Below, one piece after another: positions 58,162 to 64,000 of a stretch of 64,000 nt of DNA. The stretch is taken from contig JAVZBY010000001.1 in the NCBI GenBank assembly GCA_038874655.1, forward strand, positions 133,007 to 197,006. The letters run 5' to 3'. Positions within the stretch are counted from its first letter, which is position 1. Each line of letters begins with the position of its first letter. The translations under genes and the position numbers were made by a program. The DNA is from Candidatus Woesearchaeota archaeon (GTDB taxonomy: Archaea; Nanobdellota; Nanobdellia; Woesearchaeales; GW2011-AR15). Below the pieces are notes generated by a model. It was given only the letters and a program-made list of their open reading frames with translations, did not search any database and was not told the origin of the DNA.

Positions 58162-58701
58162 ATGGTAAACTTAAAAGATTTAATCGAAAAAGGTAAATAT
58201 ACTTTAGTGGGTTTAGTTGTTGGTGGAGCATTATTTTTAACACCATTTGATCACTATCTTTTAAACGTCAGTCAAAGAGCTATTGCAACGATTAGTACAA
58301 GAGGGAGTTTTAGTGAAAGAGTTGCAGATTATTTAGGAAAGGGAGGCCTGGAAACACAAGTAACTTTAAATTTTAGGTGCGAAGAAGGAAAAGTACCAAA
58401 CACAAACTATTTAGAGCAACTTTTAGGAGAAAAAAGCAATATACGTGTGGGTCCTACTGAAGAGATATATGAAATTACATTTAAGAGAGGGGAGAGGATA
58501 GTAGAACAAAAAGAAATAGAATCTTTTAATGAAACAATTACTGTTAATCATGTGCCTATTCCTTCAAAAAAAGTAGTAAAATATGAGGTTGTAAGTAAAC
58601 AAAGAAGAACTTTTGAAAATAGAAAGAGTATAATGGCTAACTATAATCCAGGAAATCTCTGCCATGAAGGTTTCACAACAAAAGGCTATAGAGGTAGATA
58701 A
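58162..58701 (+). CDS. Hypothetical protein with N-terminal membrane anchor
   Basis: 179-aa ORF with a hydrophobic segment and two Cys; TATA upstream. Confidence 0.6.
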   Translation: MVNLKDLIEKGKYTLVGLVVGGALFLTPFDHYLLNVSQRAIATISTRGSFSERVADYLGKGGLETQVTLNFRCEEGKVPNTNYLEQLLGEKSNIRVGPTEEIYEITFKRGERIVEQKEIESFNETITVNHVPIPSKKVVKYEVVSKQRRTFENRKSIMANYNPGNLCHEGFTTKGYRGR

Positions 58702-58827
58702 AGTTATTATTATTTTACTAAAATAGAAAACTTTTTATACTAATTTGTTATTCTTTTTCTTATTTTTTATTAATTTATTAGTAATATTTTATTTTAAATA
58801 ATTAAAATAAAAAAAGAGGGGAAGAAT

Positions 58828-61221
58828 ATGAAGAATATTTTTTTTTATGTGTTTTCTTTTTTTGTGTTTTTAGTTTTTGTTTTTAGTTTTGTTAAAGCAG
58901 AAGACTTTTTTTACGAAGATTTTTCAGATGAAAATATAAATGAAGGATATTTATGGAAAACTAGAAATAATGCATATTATTTTGAAAATGGTAAGTTAAA
59001 TGCAGATGGTATTTCTGATAATGTTGGAAGATATTTTTCACAATTTGATTATTTTTTTAATTTTTCTACAGAAGATTTTGTATTTTCTTTTGAGGGTCTT
59101 TTGAAATCTAATGGAAATCCACAAGAGGGAAAGGGTATTACAGCTTCTTTAGTCGGAAACAATGCGAGATATGATTTGAGAATTTTAAATGGTCAAACCA
59201 GCGGTTTTCCTTTAAATTATTATACTATCTCTTTAGGGTATGGAGATACAACTTTGCATGATTTAATAACAACAAATTTTATTCCATCGAGGGATGTTTT
59301 TTATAATGTAAAAGCAGTTAGAATTAATTGGACATGGTATCTTTTTGTTAATGGTGAGTTAATTGGTCAAGCTAAAGATAATTTAAAGATAACAGATTTT
59401 ATTCAAATCCATATCCCTTGTGTGGGCAGTATAATAATTGATAATATTAATATTAGTTCTATAAAAAAAAGTTATATGTCTAATTTAAGTCAAGAATCAA
59501 CAGAGTTTATAGATGAAGGATTACTTAAATATGCACCAGTTTTTTATTTACATCCAAATGAATATTATGAACCAAAAGAAATAGAATCTATGTTAAATTT
59601 ATCTTTTTTAAAAAATGAAAAAACTATTGTTAAAGAAAATCCTATTTATTATTTTGATATTGAAAATTTAAGTTCAGATTATTATTTAGATTTACAAAAT
59701 GTGGATATAGAAACAGAATTATTGCCTAAAATTTCTGATTTTGATGTTTTTAAGCCAGTTATTTATGGAAGAGCTATTTATTATAATAATCATTCACATT
59801 ATCAATATTTTATTTTTTATCCATTTCAAAAAAGAGGAATAATGAGTCATGAAGGAGATTGGGAATTAGTTCAAGTTAATGTTGATTCTGCAGAAAAAAT
59901 TGAAAGTGTGCATTATTATTTTGACATGTTTAGTTTAGCACATTATAATTTAGAAGATTTAGAATTTGTTAATCAAACACATCCAGTAGTTTATGTTGCA
60001 TTAGGAAGTCATAATAATTATGCACATGATAAAGAAATTGTTTTTGAAAACCCATATGTTTTTTTTCAAAAGTTTTTTGCAGATTTTAAAAAATTAGAGA
60101 AAATAAGTAAAAATGGAATTGTTTATAAACCAAATAATTTAGAAATTTTAAATGAAAAAGAAAAGCAATATGAAATAAAAAATATTTATGATATACCTTA
60201 TGATTTTAAGGGTTATTGGGGACAAATAACAAATAAGGTTTTAAAACAAAGTCCAAAAAGTCCAAAATATGATGGAAGATTTTATAAAATATGGAGAGAA
60301 CCAGAAACATTTGCATATGCACCAGATTTTCCATTTTTTAGTGTTTTTTTATATAGTCCTGTGAATTTTGAAATATTAGATAAAGAAAATAATCAGATAA
60401 ATGATATAAATGAAAAATTACTTTTTTTAAATTATGAACCAAAATCAGCAATAATAAAAGGAAATAACTATAATTTAAAATTAAAATCAAATGATAGCGG
60501 ACAATTTAGTCTTGATGTCTATTTATATGATAATGAAACAAATAAAGGAATTATGGTTTCTTATAAAAATATTACAACAGAGATGTGTTCAAAAGGATAT
60601 TTAAATGCATCTTTTGATTCATATTTTGTTTTATATTATGATAGTAATTGCGATGAGATTTATGAAAAATATTTTCCTAATGAAAATATAACTTTAAATT
60701 TTGATTATACCCTACCAGATAAAGATGAAGATGGAATTAATGATTTTGTAGATAATTGTGTTGATAAATTTAATCCAGATCAAAAAGATTTTAATAATAA
60801 TGGTTTTGGAGATGCATGTGATAATCCAAGATATTATAAAATTAAAGCATTGGAATTATTAAAAAATATAGAAAGAGATTCGAAAAAGGAGAATCATTCT
60901 TATTATGCAATTAATAAGAGTTTAATCTTAGATTATTGGTTTGATGAATTTCGTCCTAAAACTATCAAAGTTTTCTTGTATGAATTATTTGCAGTGCAAC
61001 ACATAAATAATACAGAAATAGAATATTTGTTAGCAAAGGCTGATAAATTAATTTTGGAAAAATTATTTGAAGATTATGAGAAAGAGTCTATAAAACATAA
61101 AAGAAATTTTAAAATCGGTTTTGCAAAAAAGGAATATGAAGAAGGATTAAAGTATTTTGAAAAAAATGAATATAAAAAATCAATTTTGTCTTTCATGAAA
61201 GCATGGAATTTTTTAAATTAA
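58828..61221 (+). CDS. Large secreted multidomain protein (beta-sandwich, Vps62/NPP1-like domain, thrombospondin type 3 repeat)
   Basis: Signal peptide ending VKA; YAP..YLH..E...P, HEGDWE, HPVVYVALGSH; DKDEDGINDFVDNC...NPDQKD...GDACD. Confidence 0.75.
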   Translation: MKNIFFYVFSFFVFLVFVFSFVKAEDFFYEDFSDENINEGYLWKTRNNAYYFENGKLNADGISDNVGRYFSQFDYFFNFSTEDFVFSFEGLLKSNGNPQEGKGITASLVGNNARYDLRILNGQTSGFPLNYYTISLGYGDTTLHDLITTNFIPSRDVFYNVKAVRINWTWYLFVNGELIGQAKDNLKITDFIQIHIPCVGSIIIDNINISSIKKSYMSNLSQESTEFIDEGLLKYAPVFYLHPNEYYEPKEIESMLNLSFLKNEKTIVKENPIYYFDIENLSSDYYLDLQNVDIETELLPKISDFDVFKPVIYGRAIYYNNHSHYQYFIFYPFQKRGIMSHEGDWELVQVNVDSAEKIESVHYYFDMFSLAHYNLEDLEFVNQTHPVVYVALGSHNNYAHDKEIVFENPYVFFQKFFADFKKLEKISKNGIVYKPNNLEILNEKEKQYEIKNIYDIPYDFKGYWGQITNKVLKQSPKSPKYDGRFYKIWREPETFAYAPDFPFFSVFLYSPVNFEILDKENNQINDINEKLLFLNYEPKSAIIKGNNYNLKLKSNDSGQFSLDVYLYDNETNKGIMVSYKNITTEMCSKGYLNASFDSYFVLYYDSNCDEIYEKYFPNENITLNFDYTLPDKDEDGINDFVDNCVDKFNPDQKDFNNNGFGDACDNPRYYKIKALELLKNIERDSKKENHSYYAINKSLILDYWFDEFRPKTIKVFLYELFAVQHINNTEIEYLLAKADKLILEKLFEDYEKESIKHKRNFKIGFAKKEYEEGLKYFEKNEYKKSILSFMKAWNFLN

Positions 61222-61284
61222 TGATCTTATAAAAAAATTTTATAACAAATATATTTAAATTCAAATTTTTTTTCTTTTATACAA

Positions 61285-62211
61285 ATGAAGTATATTGTAA
61301 CAGGAGGAGCAGGCTTTATAGGAAGCCATATAGTGGAAAGATTGGTTAATGAAAAAAAGGAAGTTCTTGTTTTAGATGATTTATCAACAGGAAAATTGGA
61401 TAATATAAGATTATTTTTAGATAAACTAACTTTTGTTAAAGGTACAATATTGGATTTGAATATTCTTAGAAGTTTAATTAAAGAAGGAGATATAATTTTT
61501 CATCAAGCAGCAATACCTTCTGTTTCTAGGTCTTTAAAAGAACCAATATTATCAAATAAGGTTAATGTAGAAGGAACATTAAATTTATTGGTTGTTGCGA
61601 AAGAAAAAAAAGCAAAAAGGTTTATATTTGCATCAAGCAGTTCAATATATGGCGATTCTGAAAAATTACCAAAAAATGAAAATATGCCTCCAAACCCAAA
61701 ATCTCCATATGCTTTATCAAAATATACAGCAGAGACATATGTAATTCTTTTTAATAAATTATATGGTTTAGAAACCGTTTCATTAAGATATTTTAATGTT
61801 TTTGGACCAAGACAAGATCCAGAATCAGAATATGCAGCGGTGATTCCAAAATTTATAAAAATAATGATTAATAATGAAAGTCCTATTATTTTTGGTGATG
61901 GCAAACAAACGAGGGATTTTACATATGTTTCTAATGTTGTTGATGCAAATATTTTAGCTTCTGTTTCTGAAAAAGCAATAGGAAAAATAATTAATGTTGC
62001 CTGTGGTGAGAGATATTCTTTAATAGATTTAGTTAATATTTTAAATAAAAAATTGCAAAAAAATATTAAACCAGTATTTAATGATGAAAGAAAAGGAGAT
62101 GTGAAACATTCTTTAGCAGATATTTCATCAGCAAAAGAATTATTAGGGTATGTTCCCAAAATTAATTTTGAAAGAGGTATTGAGTTAACTATTAAAAGTT
62201 TTATGGTTTAA
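61285..62211 (+). CDS. NAD-dependent nucleotide-sugar epimerase (UDP-GlcNAc 4-epimerase-like)
   Basis: TGGAGFIGS, ASSSSIYG, SPYALSK, RYFNVFGPRQ, GDGKQTRDF. Confidence 0.92.
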   Translation: MKYIVTGGAGFIGSHIVERLVNEKKEVLVLDDLSTGKLDNIRLFLDKLTFVKGTILDLNILRSLIKEGDIIFHQAAIPSVSRSLKEPILSNKVNVEGTLNLLVVAKEKKAKRFIFASSSSIYGDSEKLPKNENMPPNPKSPYALSKYTAETYVILFNKLYGLETVSLRYFNVFGPRQDPESEYAAVIPKFIKIMINNESPIIFGDGKQTRDFTYVSNVVDANILASVSEKAIGKIINVACGERYSLIDLVNILNKKLQKNIKPVFNDERKGDVKHSLADISSAKELLGYVPKINFERGIELTIKSFMV

Positions 62212-62234
62212 AAAAAGTAATAGAGGTAAAAAAA

Positions 62235-63596
62235 ATGAATAAAGTTTGTGTTGTAGGTTTGGGTTATGTTGGTTTGCCTTTAGCATGTTTGTGTGCAAAA
62301 AAAGGATATTCTGTTATAGGTTTAGAAAGAAACAAAGATATAGTAGATAAAGTAAATAAAGGTATAAGTCATATAAAAGATGAAAAATTACAAAAAGAAC
62401 TTAATGAAGCCAAGAATAATTTAAGAGCGACAATAAATCCATTAGATGCAAAAGAATGTAATGTTTTTGTTATTTGTGTTCCTACACCTGTAGATGAAAA
62501 TAAAGAACCAGATTTTGAACCTTTAATATCTGCATCATATAGTATAGGTAAATTAATTAAGAAAAATGACTTAGTTGTTGTTGAATCTACAGTATTTCCT
62601 GGAACATGTGAGGAATATGTTTTACCTATTTTGGAAAAAGAATCTAAGTTAAAGAGAGATGATTTTTATTTTGCACATTGTCCAGAAAGAGTTAATCCTG
62701 GAGATGTTTTTTGGACTGTTGAAAATATTCCTAGAGTAGTAGGTGGATTAACCAAAGAAGCTACAGAAAAAGCAGCGTTGTTTTATCAAAGTATTTTAGG
62801 AGGAAAAATTTATAGTGTTGATGAAATAAAAAAAGTGCTTAGACCTAAGGTAATTATTCAAGAAAATGATTATAAGATTAATACAATGCCTTTATCTAGT
62901 ATAACTATGATGAATTCACTAAGAGATGCAGAAGCTGTTAAAGTAATGGAAAATGCAGTTAGGGATGTTAATATTGCTTTTGTTAATGAATTAGCTAAAA
63001 TAAGTGATGTTTTAGGTTTAGATGTTTTAGATATAGTAGAAGGAATGGCAACAAAACCTTTTGGAAAAGGGCCTTTTTATCCAGGTATTGGTGTAGGAGG
63101 ACATTGTATTGCTGTTGATCCTGAGTGGCTTAAGAGTGCATCAATAAAAGCAGGGTTTTTTCCAAAGATGATACAAATTGCTAGAGATACAAATAATAGC
63201 ATGCCAGAATATGCAGTTTCTTTGTTAGAAAAAGAGATAGGAAATTTAGCAAATAAAAAAATTGCAGTTTTGGGTGTTACTTATAAAGGAAATATTGATG
63301 ATCCAAGAGAAAGTCCTTTTTATGAAGTTAGGAGGATTTTGTTAGAGAAAAAAGCAATAATAAATGTTTTTGATCCTTGGTATGAAAAAGAAAATAATGT
63401 AGATTCTATTGAAAATGCTTTAAAAGATAGGGAAGCATTAATATTAGTAACAGATCACGATATTTTTAAAGAAAAGGTAAAAGGTAATTTGTTAAAAAAA
63501 CACAATATTAAAGTAGTGATAGATGGAAGAAATTGTTTGGATAAAAGAGATATAACACAATATGGAATTAAATATTTTGGAATAGGGAGACATTAG
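62235..63596 (+). CDS. UDP-N-acetylhexosamine dehydrogenase (WecC/WbpA-like)
   Basis: GLGYVGLP, CVPTP, EST.FPG, PERVNPG, EN..RDVNIAFVNE, GVGGHCI..DP, YK.N.DD.RESP. Confidence 0.92.
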   Translation: MNKVCVVGLGYVGLPLACLCAKKGYSVIGLERNKDIVDKVNKGISHIKDEKLQKELNEAKNNLRATINPLDAKECNVFVICVPTPVDENKEPDFEPLISASYSIGKLIKKNDLVVVESTVFPGTCEEYVLPILEKESKLKRDDFYFAHCPERVNPGDVFWTVENIPRVVGGLTKEATEKAALFYQSILGGKIYSVDEIKKVLRPKVIIQENDYKINTMPLSSITMMNSLRDAEAVKVMENAVRDVNIAFVNELAKISDVLGLDVLDIVEGMATKPFGKGPFYPGIGVGGHCIAVDPEWLKSASIKAGFFPKMIQIARDTNNSMPEYAVSLLEKEIGNLANKKIAVLGVTYKGNIDDPRESPFYEVRRILLEKKAIINVFDPWYEKENNVDSIENALKDREALILVTDHDIFKEKVKGNLLKKHNIKVVIDGRNCLDKRDITQYGIKYFGIGRH

Positions 63597-63626
63597 AGAT
63601 AATAATAATTTTTTTATATTATCTTA

Positions 63627-64000
63627 TTATTTTTTGCTCCATAAACAAATAAAATCTTCTTTTTCAATTAATTTAAAGTTTAAGTTAGGTGTAGAATTAC
63701 ATGGAGCAACTAAATAAGATATATTAGTAACATATTGAAATTCTTTGTTTGCTTTTCCTTCTAAAAGAGATTGGTAAAAAATAATGTTTTCTTTTTTTTC
63801 ATTACCGCAGCATTCACCTAGTAAAACCATTTTATTACTAAGGCTGGGAATAAATAAACTTAATTCTGAAGAAGCAATAACAACACCATCAGGCATGGTT
63901 TTTAATTTTTTTAATAGATTAATTTCTTGATTTTTTAAAGATAAAGTACTTATACTTAGATAGTAGAATGAAGTTAATAATGATAATGTTCCAAAAATTA
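63627..64000 (-). CDS. C-terminal fragment of a membrane protein, possibly a GT-C-type glycosyltransferase; 5'-truncated
   Basis: Frame stays open to the window edge with hydrophobic IFGTLSLLTSFYYLSI before the soluble tail. Confidence 0.5.
   Translation of the reverse strand, partial: IFGTLSLLTSFYYLSISTLSLKNQEINLLKKLKTMPDGVVIASSELSLFIPSLSNKMVLLGECCGNEKKENIIFYQSLLEGKANKEFQYVTNISYLVAPCNSTPNLNFKLIEKEDFICLWSKK

Noticed and set aside
1079-62159. Many antisense or overlapping ORFs in the track (e.g. 5779-6300, 19735-20211, 30161-31001, 31543-32907, 54970-55374, 61503-62159)
   Set aside because: Shadow frames opposite well-supported genes, with F/L/I/S-biased composition and no motifs
1-64000. 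CRISPR array, tRNA genes, IS elements
   Set aside because: No regularly spaced repeats, cloverleaf sequence or transposase motifs seen; the GC-rich intergenic islands found are accounted for above

Overview
Very AT-rich archaeal chromosomal DNA, most consistent with a DPANN archaeon (Woesearchaeota/Pacearchaeota-like). Evidence for this: cdc6-DP1-DP2, Hef, PAN, aIF-2beta, L34e/L14e, a KKGQ-type pilin, a stand-alone 5S rRNA and ADP-forming acetate-CoA ligase. Most of the window is housekeeping: replication and repair, tRNA processing, translation, SUF Fe-S assembly, and nucleotide-sugar genes at both ends. A probable replication origin with two inverted ORB-like boxes lies upstream of cdc6. 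Best candidates for undescribed biology: (1) a carbamoylation module next to a nucleotide-sugar gene, containing a split SxtJ, a catabolic-type ornithine carbamoyltransferase, a NodU/CmcH carbamoyltransferase, an SGNH protein and an unannotated 52-aa membrane peptide ending in the DltX-type acyl-shuttle motif FIYxxF, with no MBOAT in the window; (2) a ribbon-helix-helix/degenerate nucleotidyltransferase fusion with a visible tripartite operator, divergent from UDP-glucose dehydrogenase; (3) two otherwise divergent TrmB paralogs sharing a 158-bp tract with only 2 mismatches; (4) two small GC-rich transcription units, one C/D-box-like and one unrecognised; (5) a Cys-rich HTH regulator with a perfect 18-bp palindrome heading a SUF operon whose sufS is broken by an apparent internal deletion. 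I saw no tRNA, CRISPR array or transposase. All family calls come from motif recognition by eye, not database searches.
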